Shown one piece after another: positions 40,259 to 52,694 of a stretch of DNA of 61,814 bases (its first letter is position 1; each line of letters opens with the position of its first letter). A program made the translations under genes and the position numbers. The DNA is from Hydrolagus affinis. Its lineage: Eukaryota. Below the pieces are notes generated by a model. The model did no database searches and was not told the origin of the DNA. It saw only the letters and a list, made by a program, of their open reading frames with translations. The stretch lies in the NCBI GenBank assembly GCA_012026655.1, contig JAAILG010001785.1:1-61814 (forward strand), read 5' to 3'.

Positions 40259-40443
40259 CTCAGAGCGGAGAAAGGAGAAGTCTCGTGATGCTGCCAGGTG
40301 CCGAAGAAGCAAAGAATCTGAGGTATTCTATGAATTGGCCCACCAGCTGCCATTGCCTCACAGTGTCAGCTCTCACCTGGACAAGGCCTCGATAATGAGA
40401 CTGACCATCAGCTATCTGCGAATGAGAAAATTACTTAGCCCCG
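40259..40443 (+). CDS. HIF1A: HIF-1alpha exon 2 (bHLH)
   Basis: [59 protein letters not shown]; acceptor TTAG|C, donor G|GTGAGT; 185 nt. Confidence 0.93.
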
Positions 40444-40875
40444 GTGAGTAAAACAAAGATTGAGAAAATTGATCATGTATGCACTGAATTCCTTTGTATT
40501 CTTCAGTGTTACAATATAAATACTGTTCAAAAAGAAAAGGCTGAAACTGTTTATTGGGGTTCGGTTGGTTTTGGCAATTGAAATCTAATTCTTTTGGATC
40601 CCTTCAAGTTTTATAGTTGCTAACCCATCTAGTTTTGAACAGTGATATAGAACCTTGATGGACATGATGGATGTGTATTCCTGTAATTAAAATTTAAAAG
40701 CTTGTTAACACTTCAGGCTTTATCTTAAATCCAATACAACTTAAGGTTTACATCTTGTTGGACAATTCTTTTTGTGGGAAGCATATTTGAAAACTATTAA
40801 GTATCAGGTGGTGGGAGAATAAATCCCGTTCCTAATAGGGAGTTAACAGAATACCCTGGTGTGTAGAAATAAGTA

Positions 40876-41064
40876 CAGTAAAAGCCTGTTTATCCGGGAT
40901 CCCCAGGACCTTGCCGATGCCGGTTAAAGCGTGTGCTGGATATTCGACCGAAAACGGGAAAAAAAATAATTTTTCCAGATAAATTCCAGTTAATCGAATG
41001 CGTACTTTTTTTTGTACTGCCGGTTATACGGAAGTTACGGTTGATCGGGTCATGGATTTTACTG
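40876..41064. mobile_element. Tc1/mariner MITE with partly deleted right TIR; a further partial copy starts at 41108
   Basis: TA|CAGTAAAAGCCTGTTTATCCGG...TTTTACTG|TA. Confidence 0.85.
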
Positions 41065-41400
41065 TATATTTCTCCATAGATGGCAGAAATTATCAATTTT
41101 CAATGTACACTAAAAGCCTGTTTATCCGGCACCCTCGGGACCTGGCCAATGTCGGTTAAGCGACATGTCGGACATTCAGTCGAATATCCGACTCCGAAAA
41201 CCCAACATATAAAAAAGAACTTATTTTAACACATACCATATTAATAATACTGAATAATAACAAACAATAACGCAACACCTAACTTGCCATTGTCTCATTA
41301 CATGTTTAATTGCACCAGTTTACAGAAATTGAATTCAATACAAGTAAGCAAAGATTCCTTGATGAATTCATATGACCCAATTTGTTTGCATCTATTACAG

Positions 41401-41546
41401 GGGATGTTGAGGTGGAGCCTGATCAAGAGAAACAGCTTAATAGTTTTTACCTGAAGGCCCTGGAGGGATTTGTCATGGTGGTGATACAGGATGGAGACAT
41501 GATCTACATGTCTGAGAATGTCAACAAATATATGGGACTAACCCAG
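41401..41546 (+). CDS. HIF1A: HIF-1alpha exon 3 (PAS-A)
   Basis: [38 protein letters not shown]; AG/GT boundaries; 146 nt. Confidence 0.95.
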
Positions 41547-41891
41547 GTATAATTTGAGATATCAGTCGTTTCTAAAGGTGGTCAGATAAAATATACTAAA
41601 GATCAGGGTTGTAACTGACAAAACCTGAGAAAAGGAAAACAGCACATAAGCATTGCCCTGTATAAAAATATTCTGCCAATTGCTATGTAATTGCAGACTG
41701 AAATATTCCTAGTCGTCAAATCATTTCCCAATCCTAAGCAGTAAGTGCTCTGGATGTCGATATCCCAAGTTTACAACTTCAATTATTCTTTTGTAAGTTA
41801 TAATTATAAATCTATTAATCGGGATGCCAAAAAAATTCTCTTTGAATTCATACACATTTAATTTTCTTAATGTTTTTTCCTTTATAAATAG

Positions 41892-41976
41892 TTTGAACTG
41901 ATTGGGCACAGCATCTTTGATTTCACGCACCCCTGTGATCATGAGGAGATGCGAGAAATGCTCTCCCACAGACAGG
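41892..41976 (+). CDS. HIF1A: HIF-1alpha exon 4
   Basis: [28 protein letters not shown]; 85 nt. Confidence 0.95.
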
Positions 41977-43119
41977 GTAAGAAAAATATTTTGTTGTGAT
42001 TAATCTTATCTGATGATTTTCCGATTTAACTGTTTTTGACTTCTTCCATCCAATGTTTCAGTATTTCAATGCCTCGTACTGAATGGACCTGCACCCTTGG
42101 TGTCAAAATGTTCAAATTCATTTTGAGTGCTGAGGGAGAGGGGGTGGAGGGGGGGGGGGGGTGAGGTCGTTGAGTGGAGTATGTTCAGAGCCCAATATTC
42201 TCCATAAGACTTTGGACATTGGTGGTGTCAGGAGAGATCTCAAAAGTGGAAGAAGCACAGACTGCTAGATGTCTAGTAATATGTGAAGAATTGGCATTTC
42301 ACAGAGGTGATAAGAGAGTCATGAATTACAAACTTCCTAGTGTGTAATTAACAGGTGTTTGCTTGTTAAGTACTTTTGAACTTAACTCCAAAATACTTTG
42401 GAGTGACTGTTTTGAATATTTCAGATTTTTTTTGATTATGAATTGTTAGATAAACCTCCAGCCTAATCTAATGTTCATTACAGTATCTTGCCTGCGGTTG
42501 GGAATGTCATGTGTTTCCTTTGTAGCCCTGAGGAGGTGTTTTTCCAGATAACCATATCGTGATTGAATGCCTTTGGAAGATTGCAGTTATACAGTCTCAT
42601 TTTGATAAGATGTTTTTCAAATAACTTGTGTTCACTTAAGGCTATTATTGTAATGTTGTTTGTTGACTCAAGTATTATTCCCAAGTTCTTAGTATATTTC
42701 AAGACTCTTAATAGAAATGACGTAACCTGATGCCTTGAACTGGCTACTAGGAGATGAGTAAAACAGTGATTATTTTCCCCATTTTCCTTACTTTTGCACA
42801 GAAATTTGCAAATTTAAGACCTTATTTAGGAACTACTATAGTGGGCCAATGGGATGCAAGGTTTGGTCATTTAATATCCAAAGTAGCTGTTTTTTTTCTT
42901 TATTGGCTGGACATAATTCTTTAAATGCAGTTTTTATTCCTAGATCTGATTTAATTGAAACAGCAATGCTCTCTTGATTGTACCGTTGGTTTAATGTGAA
43001 CAAATTAATTGCTTTCAATTAATGAGTCCCTACCTCAGTTTTTGTAACGAAAATATTTTTGAATGGTTGGACTGAAATTGCAGTTTGTGTCAGTAAATTT
43101 TGTGACTTTTATCCTTTAG

Positions 43120-43232
43120 GACTTCAGAAGAAAGGAAAGGACCAGATCACAGAACGGAGTTTCTTTCTGAGAATGAAGTGTACTCTCACCAGCCGGGGCC
43201 GGACTGTCAACATCAAGTCCTCAACTTGGAAG
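43120..43232 (+). CDS. HIF1A: HIF-1alpha exon 5
   Basis: [35 protein letters not shown]; 113 nt. Confidence 0.95.
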
Positions 43233-44655
43233 GTGTGTAATTTGTGTTAAACTCGTTTTCCAATCCTAGTTTTGTTAATTTGAAGAGCAGGGTAGTATTT
43301 TTTAAAATTGTGTTCAATGAGTACTACTTAAAAGCTTTTGAATAACATGAAGTAAGTTAAATATTCAGAAGTAATTGATTGCTGGGAACGTCACACATTG
43401 AGAAGCAGAAAGTTTACAAAACCTCACTTTTTAAAAAAAAATTCTCGACGAGCTTTTCAAATTGCTTCACTGTCATTTTATATTTATTGCCAAATACTGC
43501 TTTCATTACTAGATCTTTTGAAAGCAACAGAAATTAAGATATCTGTAGATAACTATCCTCACAGGCCACCAGTCTTGAGTTTCATGTAGTTTTTGTCCGC
43601 CTGTTGATTAATGCAGTAGAACGTCTGTAGTAACATTTCAGCTAGGATTGATTATAATGGCTATATAAAGACCCCTGCTGGAAACTGGATGTTATGGCGC
43701 AAGTGAGCTAATTTGTATTGCCACTCATGCATCAAATTGCCCGCTGACTCTTTGTCTTTGGGCATATATGAGTAATGACTGACTGAGCACTGCCTATCAA
43801 CAGAAAATGTAGGTGTCTCAAGCCATTATTCCTTCTATAATGTCTTGTTCATCTTCCTCAGTATGTATGATTTTACACTTCAATATCTGCATTTAAAGGT
43901 GGATATGGTCAATAATCCTGAAATAAGTTTAGGCTTTCTTCTTAATGACATTTTGTGTTACATGGAAGTAAGCCTTATCTGAGGAAATCAATCATCTAAA
44001 AATGAACCACAGTGTCACTACATAAGCATGTCAAGTCCCAGATTTCTCTCTATTTGTATATTTAGCAATGATTCCATATAAAGTATTATACTGCATCATA
44101 ACTCCATTAGATATAGTTATTAATCTTTTACTGAGCTGGTAACCAGCTGTGTAATTCCCACTAAGAATTAAAGCACAAGGTCAGAAGCTATAAGCTTTAT
44201 ACCTATCGACCATTTCAAAATGGTTTTGGCTCTGTTCAAGAGCAGCTATTTTGGGAAGAAATCAAATTTCACTGTATATTAGAAAACACATCTAAATTGG
44301 ACAGTTTTATTTGTAAAGTTGCTGCCAGAGACTGCTTTTTTATACATCAACTGTCCTGATGGGACATTTAAAAAAAAAACCATAGTATTTCCCACGGAGA
44401 GAGATTCTCAATTATGCATGCATTTTTGTTGATTTGCATAGCTGACTGGTTGCAGCTGCTGTTCCAAGTATTTTCTATGGAATTACTGTAGTTAGTTTGC
44501 AATTAATTTCTAAAATTCTAACTTCTGTTAACATTCAGTATCAGCTTGTGAATAAAATGTATATTAAAGCTGCACAATACATTTGCTTATTCCGAATAAA
44601 TATACTTCAAACCTTGACAACCATTCTAATTTCATGTATGTGGGTGGTTTTACAG

Positions 44656-44858
44656 GTGCTTCATTGCACAGGACACATTCAAGTACATGAAGGCAATAGT
44701 GAGCAGACCCCATGTGGCTACAAGGAGCCACCCATGACCTGTCTAGCATTGGTTTGCGAACCTATCCCACACCCATCCAACATTGAGGTACCTCTGGACA
44801 GCAAGACGTTTCTGAGTCGTCACAGCCTCGACATGAAGTTTTCCTACTGTGATGAGAG
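44656..44858 (+). CDS. HIF1A: HIF-1alpha exon 6
   Basis: VLHCTGHI...[35 protein letters not shown]; 203 nt. Confidence 0.95.
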
Positions 44859-45504
44859 GTTAGTCTCATAGCTTTAAAACCTGCATCAATTATTACAGTA
44901 CAGACCATTATAATGGCATCTTTACAGTTTGAATTTGGTCATAATGCTTTTGCATGATTGTTTGCCTCTATTCACTGCACACGTGTGCAGCGAGATCGCT
45001 TGCTTCCTATGCACCTGCTGGCTTTTCGGCTAAAATGTGCTACTTTTGGATAACTAAGTAAGCCGTTGTACAGTGAACAAGTAATGTAATATTGGTGGTG
45101 ACTTGATAACCTGCAAGATGGTCATTTATCTCTCACTGAGAACTGACCCCGTGCATCGCTTGACTGAACTAGCTGCATGCATTCACATTAAGTCGCGCCT
45201 CATTACAGCACAATTTGGGATTTTAATGATGCCAACAATCACATAGAGAAAATTCACTCTAATGTTCAGAGCTGACTGCTTTCAGGTGTGGTTTTATTCA
45301 ATGTCATTTTGTGACAATATTATAACACAGTTTTGTTACGAATAACATAATAACAGGCACAGCCTTTGAACAAAAGGCTTCCTGAGGAATGATTGGGAAG
45401 GCAGAGCTTGCTCCCACATTGTGGAATTGCAGTACTCATCCAGATAGATGTCATGATCCTAGTGAGTTATTTGATAAGCAGGTAACAATGAGCAAGTGGC
45501 ATGT

Positions 45505-45625
45505 TAATAACAACACTAATAATAATTGTTGCATCTGAAAAAGCACCTTATCACGTCTTCTAGATGTCTCAAAGCGCTTCACGGAATATACTGTAAAGTG
45601 AATTGACTGTAAATTTGTGGGCGAA
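45505..45625 (-). mobile_element. SINE 3' fragment in intron 6
   Basis: Family tail on the minus strand. Confidence 0.8.
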
Positions 45626-45864
45626 TGTCTTACACACAAGGCAGAAATGATATTTACTGCACTTTAAACACCAAAGTGTTTGTTCTCGGAAGCATAAAAT
45701 ACTGTGTGCATCTGGCTTTATGTTCAAATCGATTTATGACAAACCGGTTCTATTGTTCCTCCTTGTCTTGTGAGTGCCACCTAGTGGCCATCGACTGTTT
45801 GGAGACGCTGATCTGCAAGCTTCACTGCACTATTTTTCTGGTTCATGCAAACATTGCTGTTTAA

Positions 45865-45984
<120 letters not shown>

Positions 45985-46694
45985 TAATCTATACATTAAT
46001 CAATAAATATTATAATTTACAAAGTGCTGCAGAAAAGTTCATCTCCACTGGGTCCTCCAAAAGCCCGTGCTCTTGAGACTAACCCTATTCACAATAACAA
46101 AGGTACTTAAGCAAAATGGTTATTACTCCCTTTACCCAAGTCCGCCAAAAAGGTTAAACCACTTTATATTTGCTCACTGTTTATTTTTTTCCCCCTTTAA
46201 TCCATCTTTATTTTATCTAATCCACCACATCAACTGTAGCCCTTATACCATCTATTTCTAACTTTAAAGTCTGCTGCTGTCCTGCCGATGTCTTATCTCC
46301 TACAATCAATTTTGGAAAGTGAGAGCAATTTTTTTTCCATGACGTTAGTGGCTCCTAATTTACTCAACCCATCAGTAAAAATTGATTGCCAAGCCTCGCA
46401 ATCTTTGTAGCACATTGACAGTTACTCAGATCTAGCTGTACCTGAATAAGTAGATTAGTTCTCTTACATCTATTTTGTATGATATTGTTTCATTGAAACC
46501 TCTACATTATAATAATTTCCCATTGTATTATACCATTTTAACGACACAAACTAAATATTGTACAAATTTCCGCTAACCTCATGATTTGCAGCAATGCTGC
46601 TATCAAAAACTTGAGATCTATCCATTTACAAAGTCCTCCTATGTTGCAGAATGGCATTTAAACACTTGCTTTCGTTTTCTTTTGCTTCAATCAG

Positions 46695-46842
46695 TGTTTT
46701 CTAAGGGCCAGGCTACCACAGGCCAATACAGGATACTGGCCAAGGAAGGTGGTTATGTTTGGGTCGAGACTCAGGCTACAGTGATCTACAACACAAAGAA
46801 TTCCCAGCCTCAGTGCATTGTCTGTGTGAACTACGTTTTGAG
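46695..46842 (+). CDS. HIF1A: HIF-1alpha exon 8 (PAC)
   Basis: [48 protein letters not shown]; 148 nt. Confidence 0.95.
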
Positions 46843-47101
46843 GTAATGGTTTTGGAAGCTTGGTCTATACTGTTGTGAGGATTGTGTGTGAATATGAAGG
46901 TTATTCTAGACTAGCACCATGATTTTGCCAGGTGACCAAAGTCATTTTTAATTTGACCTTTTAATTCTTGGAAGCCAAAGGCAAAGCTACCTAGGTTCCG
47001 ATTGCTGATTCAATAGAGTCTTCTGTTCTGCAAAACGGTTCATTGTCTTCGCTTTTATTGTGTGGAGTCTTTCAATTAACCAATGTTCGTTATTTTCCCA
47101 G

Positions 47102-47328
47102 TGGCATTGTTGAAAAAGACGTTGTTTTGTCGTTGGATCAAACTGAGAGTGTACCTGTAGCTGATGAGTCACCTGACATACTGGAGACAACTGTCAAGAG
47201 CCATAGTTCAACCACAAATCAAGAAACAAACAATCTCTTCGAAAAACTGAAGGAGGAACCTGAAGCTTTGACTCAACTTGCACCAGCTGCAGGCGACACA
47301 ATTATCTTGTTGGATTTCAGCCCCTCAG
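47102..47328 (+). CDS. HIF1A: HIF-1alpha exon 9 (NODD LxxLAP)
   Basis: LFEKLKEEPEALTQLAPAAGDTIILLDF; LTQLAP at 47268-47285; 227 nt. Confidence 0.93.
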
Positions 47329-48102
47329 GTTGGAGCCTGTTGATGTACACAGTTTCCGTGATGTTCAGACCCTTTTGTCAAAATTATGAATTTCAAAGCT
47401 GTACTGTTCTATGGAAGACAGCCCTGGGAACCAGAATGACTGCTCAATTCTCTTAAGATATGAACTTTTGCTGCCCTCTATCTGGGTTGATTCTAGATGA
47501 AAAATCATAAAAGTTGGAGCCAAATGTTTTAGAGCTTCTGATGATAACAAACAATGGCTCTTTAGGATTCCCATCAGATATTTGAAGGTTTAAGGCATAT
47601 GGCTGGGGTTCCAGAGTTTACCTTGAATACCCTGCCCCTTGAATACCCCACTCTCTCTCAGTCTATTCAAATGGCCTGATATTTACTGTCAAGACTCATG
47701 CATGAAGAATTGCTAATCAGGTGAGGTATCAGAAAGAACAATATAGTTATATTGAGGCATGAGTCATTAACTTAAGTAAAGAGGGTAAAGAAAGATTATT
47801 GGAGGAAACATAAAAATGTCAAAAGAAGATCAATCCATAGATTTTACTTGCATTATGTGTAATTAAACTTTAGGAACTAAATTTCTTTATGAATTGCTTA
47901 TAAAATGATTTTTACAAGCTGGTGGCTCAGTGAGTATCTTAGCTAAAAAGATTGGGAGTCATCAATGTTTATGGATTGGGTAGAGGGAAGCAATCAAGCA
48001 TCTTAAGGAGAGGGCAGACGGAATGTATTTAGGTTTAAGGAAAGCTTTTGTGAAAGTTGTGCATATGAGGCTTACGAACTAAAACAGATTTGTCTCTCAT
48101 AG

Positions 48103-48377
48103 AATCAGAAATGCAGCACTTTGAAGTCCCACTCTACAATGATGTCATGTTACCGTCCTCGACGGAACACAAGCCTGTAGACTTGGCAATGTCACCCCTT
48201 CCTCCCTCTGACCCCACAAAGTCGCTGTGCAGCACCACGGACCCAGCTCTGAATTTGGAAGCAATCACTAAGCTTGAAACAAACCCAGAGTCACTGGAAC
48301 TTTCATTTACCATTCCACAAACGAAGGAGCAGCCTAGTAGCCCTTCCTGTCCCAGCACCAATCAAAGCTCACCACAA
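48103..48377 (+). CDS. HIF1A: HIF-1alpha exon 10 (ODD)
   Basis: [12 protein letters not shown]...DPALNLE...[12 protein letters not shown]...QSSPQ; 275 nt. Confidence 0.92.
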
Positions 48378-48596
48378 GTAAGTTTTTAATAAAAACATTA
48401 AAACAAACATTTGTCACTATATCAGAATTGTGTTTTGACTTGTACCAATTTATAGAAGTTAGTATTGCCATCTAGTGGTTACCTACACTTGCCATTTAGG
48501 GCTCAATTTGTAACCAACTTGAGGATCTTTTGAAACTGTTATACAAATTGTAGCTTTTTAACTCAACATCAAAAATGTTATCATTTGTCTCCACAG

Positions 48597-48719
48597 CCCA
48601 GCAGTCCCTCAGAATACTGCTATAACGTTGACACGGACATCTCCAATGTATTTAAACTGGATATTGTGGAAAAGCTCTTTGCAATTGACCCAGAGGCCAA
48701 AAACCCATTCTCTGTTCAG
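48597..48719 (+). CDS. HIF1A: HIF-1alpha exon 11
   Basis: [41 protein letters not shown]; 123 nt. Confidence 0.93.
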
Positions 48720-49009
48720 GTATGAAATGAAAACTCCTCCATAAAATCAGCAGACTTGGGATGGCACATTCCTCTTTTACAAAAATAGGTGGGATTGAGA
48801 ATTCCGCATACAGTACTTCAATTACTTGAGTCGTCAAAATGCAAAGTAAACCTATTTACAGGAAAAATTCATTTCAGTTTAATCGGTTCAGACCATTGGC
48901 TTTTTATCGGTATGTTTTATGACAATAAAAGCTTGTAGGATTAAGATGTGTATGTTAACTACTTACTGTCTTTGAAATAGGGTGAATTGTTTTAAGTGGA
49001 ATGTTGTGA

Positions 49010-49365
49010 CAACAAATTACGCTTGAATAGTGCTCTTCACGTCAGAAAGACGTCCCAGTACACTGGACAATCGGGGGTTTTGGAACTGAGTTGGGGGTTA
49101 GAAGGGGAGATGGGCAGTGGGATGGGGATGAGAGTGGCCAAAGAGGAAACTCTTTAAGACGGGACTTGAAGGAGGCAAGAGAGTGGGGGAGGCTGAGGGA
49201 TTGTGGGATGGAGTTCCAGCATGTGGGGGCAGAGATGCTGAATGGCTGACTGCCAATTGTGGGTCAGGAAGTGCAGAGGCCCTGAATGGACAGGCTACTA
49301 CGGGGTTTATGAGGTCAGTGAGGTAGGCGGCAAGACCATGGAGGGCCTTGAAGGTGAGAACAAGT
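49010..49365 (-). mobile_element. L2-clade LINE 3' fragment in intron 11
   Basis: Minus-strand LVLTFKALHGLAAYLTDLI remnant plus L2 tail. Confidence 0.78.
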
Positions 49366-49510
49366 CTAATAGAAACTAAGTTGACAGGAGATTGTGTCCT
49401 TGATGCATTAGCCAACTGAAATCTTTTCATCAATTATGCACAATTTCCTAGCTCATGGGTAATTTTGAAATCTGACAACCTGTTAATCTATCAAATGTTC
49501 ATTTCACCAG

Positions 49511-49947
49511 GATGTTGATGACTTGGATTTGGAGATGTTGGCTCCATACATCCCAATGGATGATGATTTTCAGCTTCGATCATTGGACCAACTTTCATCC
49601 CTCACAGATGTACAAGCCAGCCCTCCTCGTTCGCAGGCTATGAGCAGTATGATAAACGTCTTCCAGTCAGCCCCAACATCTGCTAAAAACTCCACTGAGA
49701 AATATATGCCAGCGTTAAAAATTTCTTTGGAAAACACTGAGTCTCTCTCTGTACCCCGGTCTTTCCCTTCTCCCCTGCATATGATGAATGAAGTCAGTTG
49801 TACTCCAGAATCACCATACAACAAAACCAGCAGAACCACTTCACCTGTCCGAACAGGTGGGAAAGGATTGCTGGCTGATCAGTCGGATACTTCGTGTCCA
49901 GGAAGTCCAATGTCTCCAGTGAAGCCAGTGTTGACTTATACCAAAAG
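49511..49947 (+). CDS. HIF1A: HIF-1alpha exon 12 (CODD / N-TAD)
   Basis: DLDLEMLAPYIPMDDDFQLRS; LEMLAP at 49529-49546; 437 nt. Confidence 0.94.
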
Positions 49948-50378
49948 GTAAATCAATCTTGAATCCCATGGTAAATGGCTTTCACAGTCCTTCCTTTCCA
50001 TTGCTAAGCAGCAGAAATATAATACAATTAATCTTAACTACTAATAACTTGTCCTGAGCTGAATTTTTGTTTTAAAAAAAATTTCAACTCATGTTCTTGA
50101 AACAAACAAATGGCAGTAGGTGATGAGCATCATTTTGTAACAGCGTTAGCCCTAGCGAAATCATATAAAATTATGTCCTTTTTGAGTCCATCAAGTTTGA
50201 AGATTATAGTGAGTAAGTCGACCAGTAATATGACCTAGGTGGTCAAGCTGGACAAAATAATCTATTTGAGTTTTGCACTCAAGTTAACAGTGACCTTTAA
50301 ACATTAGGTTTGATAACAACTCACGATTCCACACAATTGATGTCTGACTTTGTATTTGTCTTGTGATTTTTATTGCAG

Positions 50379-50496
50379 AACTGCAGCAGAAGGAATCCTG
50401 CAGGAAGAGGTGGATCCCAAGTTGCTCACTTTGCACAACACGCAACGGAAACGCAAGATAGAAACGGCAGCCTCTCTTTTTCAATCAGCTGGAATT
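50379..50496 (+). CDS. HIF1A: HIF-1alpha exon 13 (NLS)
   Basis: EEVDPKLLTLHNTQRKRKIETAASLFQSAGI; 118 nt; only this acceptor keeps the frame. Confidence 0.9.
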
Positions 50497-51489
50497 GTAA
50501 GTGGTTTATACACTTCTGGCTGGTGTTCTAGGACTTTATGCTGCAATTATCTTCCATTTGCAGGCAGCACTTTAACACTTAGTAAACTTATCAAATTCTG
50601 TCTAAAAGTTCCAATATTCCTATAAGTTAGAAATGGGGGTATTTTTCTGCCGAGTATGAATTGATTTCCATCCTGTGTGCCATATTTGCTTGTAATGATG
50701 TGTGGAGAATAGTATAAAATGTATAGTCTATTGATATACAAAAGAGACCTTCTTCAAATCAGATACTGTACTCATTCCTTTTCCTTTACAAAAAAGCATA
50801 TAATCTTTCATAATGGAAATCTAAATGTTGTTGATTTTGGTGTGGTTTTAGCGATGTTTAATATCTGTCTAACCACCCTCGTCCCTTTGATTACACCATT
50901 GTTGAGGGTTCATTGCAATGGTTTCTGTTGCCCTGAATCAAAATAAATACCAGACAAATTTAATAGCTCCTTTTTTTTTAAGCCAGTGTGAGCCCCATTC
51001 ACTGTACATGTGCGTCAACTAGTTCTCTTACCATAATGGCTGACATCTAGGTTATTAGATCCCCAGCAATGTCGTGCTATGCATGCACAGCACACAGAAA
51101 ATGTTGGCATAAATCAGATGACCGAAGGTCGGCCATTTTAGTTTACTGCGCTCAAAATAAGACCCAACTATTAGTCATCAGATTGTCATTGATATTGGTT
51201 CCTGCTCTGTATATCAAATGGAGAGTGTGGTTGGTGACAACCGTGGCGTATTATTTAGTGCAGGAACTGCTGTGTATGTCAGGAATGAGTTGACTGCACG
51301 TACGCCTCGTAAACATCCATCACACCTTGTTTTAGCACAGAGCTGCTGGAATTCACTATAGTGACACTTCACTTCAGCTAGTTGATCACTGTAATGGTAA
51401 ATAAATATTATGTAGTAACATCACAGTAATAAAGAGCAAACAGCAGCAAAGAATGCAGAGGATGTGAGTTTTTTGGGTGTGTTTCACAG

Positions 51490-51610
51490 GGATTGTTTCA
51501 GAAGGACATTATTCCTCCAGTGACGACACCACGGATTTGGAAGCGTGCAAAAGGATCTGATACCACGAGCACCACAACTAAACAAAAGCCATTGGCTTCG
51601 TTGCCCACAG
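51490..51610 (+). CDS. HIF1A: HIF-1alpha exon 14 (ends at a GC donor)
   Basis: GLFQKDIIPPVTTPRIWKRAKGSD...LASLPT; WKRxKG motif; CAG|GCAAGT donor gives the phase required by exon 15; 121 nt. Confidence 0.85.
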
Positions 51611-52104
51611 GCAAGTTTGGTGGCGCAACGCTTGCCAAATTTATATTTAGTGATACAATGGTAGGTTTGTAAATTATTTTAAAACAGTCCCCTGGTTTCC
51701 TCGGCCTCTGTTTGAGTCAACTTCTGTAGAGTTTCGCTTGCGTCTCTTACTCTTGATTTTGATTGGTTGAAACAGATTGGTTTTAATAACATCTAAGTTA
51801 GTCAGTAAGCTGTGAGTCGTGCTTGATATAATTGGAAGCTCTAAATCTAAATCCCCCTCTCTTAAATTGATTTAAGATTCTTCTGCTCTACATTAAAAAT
51901 GTAGAGCATTAAGTCAGTCAATAAATTGGCCTCTTATTCCCTTATTCGTGAGTTGCCTTCAACAGTGAGTTTAGGATATTGGTGTCCATCAAATTTAAAC
52001 TGTCGTGTGGGGGGAATAGACTTTAAGAAAAACAACTGAATTGTGTGTTCTTCCCAATCACTGAAGTGTCCACATGGTGAGGTATTAGTGTTCAGGCTGT
52101 AACT

Positions 52105-52390
52105 GGAGTCCTGTAGCTCAGTGGTTACAGCCTTACAAGCTAGAGACCTGCGTTTGATTATAGACAGGGTGAAACCTTGGACAAGTTTCCTTACTCCACA
52201 AGCCTGATAATAATCCCTCACCAAAAACAATAATGAATTGGTCATTTCAATCCACGTTTGTTTATGCGACAAAGTTGTGTACAATTGGCTGCCGTGTTTC
52301 ACTCACATTCACTTTACAGTATATTCTATGAAGCGCTTTGATACGTCTAGAAGACTTAAAGCGCTATATCAAATGAAAGGATTATTATTA
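52105..52390 (+). mobile_element. SINE in intron 14
   Basis: GGAGTCCTGTAGCTCAGTGG head, core and tail. Confidence 0.85.
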
Positions 52391-52542
52391 ACTTTTTTTA
52401 AAGTCTAAAAATATATGTTTTTTTAAGGTGGTTTGATTTAAATATGCTACGTTTCTGAAAATACGAAGTGGTGAAACAAAATTAGGTGACAGTAGAGTGC
52501 CAAACATTTGTTTTAGTTTTAACACTTATTTTCATTCAACAG

Positions 52543-52694
52543 ACACAGTGAGCCGACTCCTTATGCACTCGACAGAGACTAGAAAATTACCGACACTTAC
52601 CAGTTACGACTGTGAGGTGAATGCACCTATCCAGAACAACAGAAACTTGCTTCAGGGAGAAGACGTGCTCAGAGCATTGGATCAGGTTAACTGA
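52543..52694 (+). CDS. HIF1A: HIF-1alpha exon 15 (C-TAD with FIH-target Asn)
   Basis: SRLL...[32 protein letters not shown]; 152 nt. Confidence 0.96.

Noticed and set aside
50381-50390. CAGCAG tandem acceptor in exon 13
   Set aside because: Both downstream AGs give out-of-frame exons (110 and 107 nt); only 50379 preserves the frame
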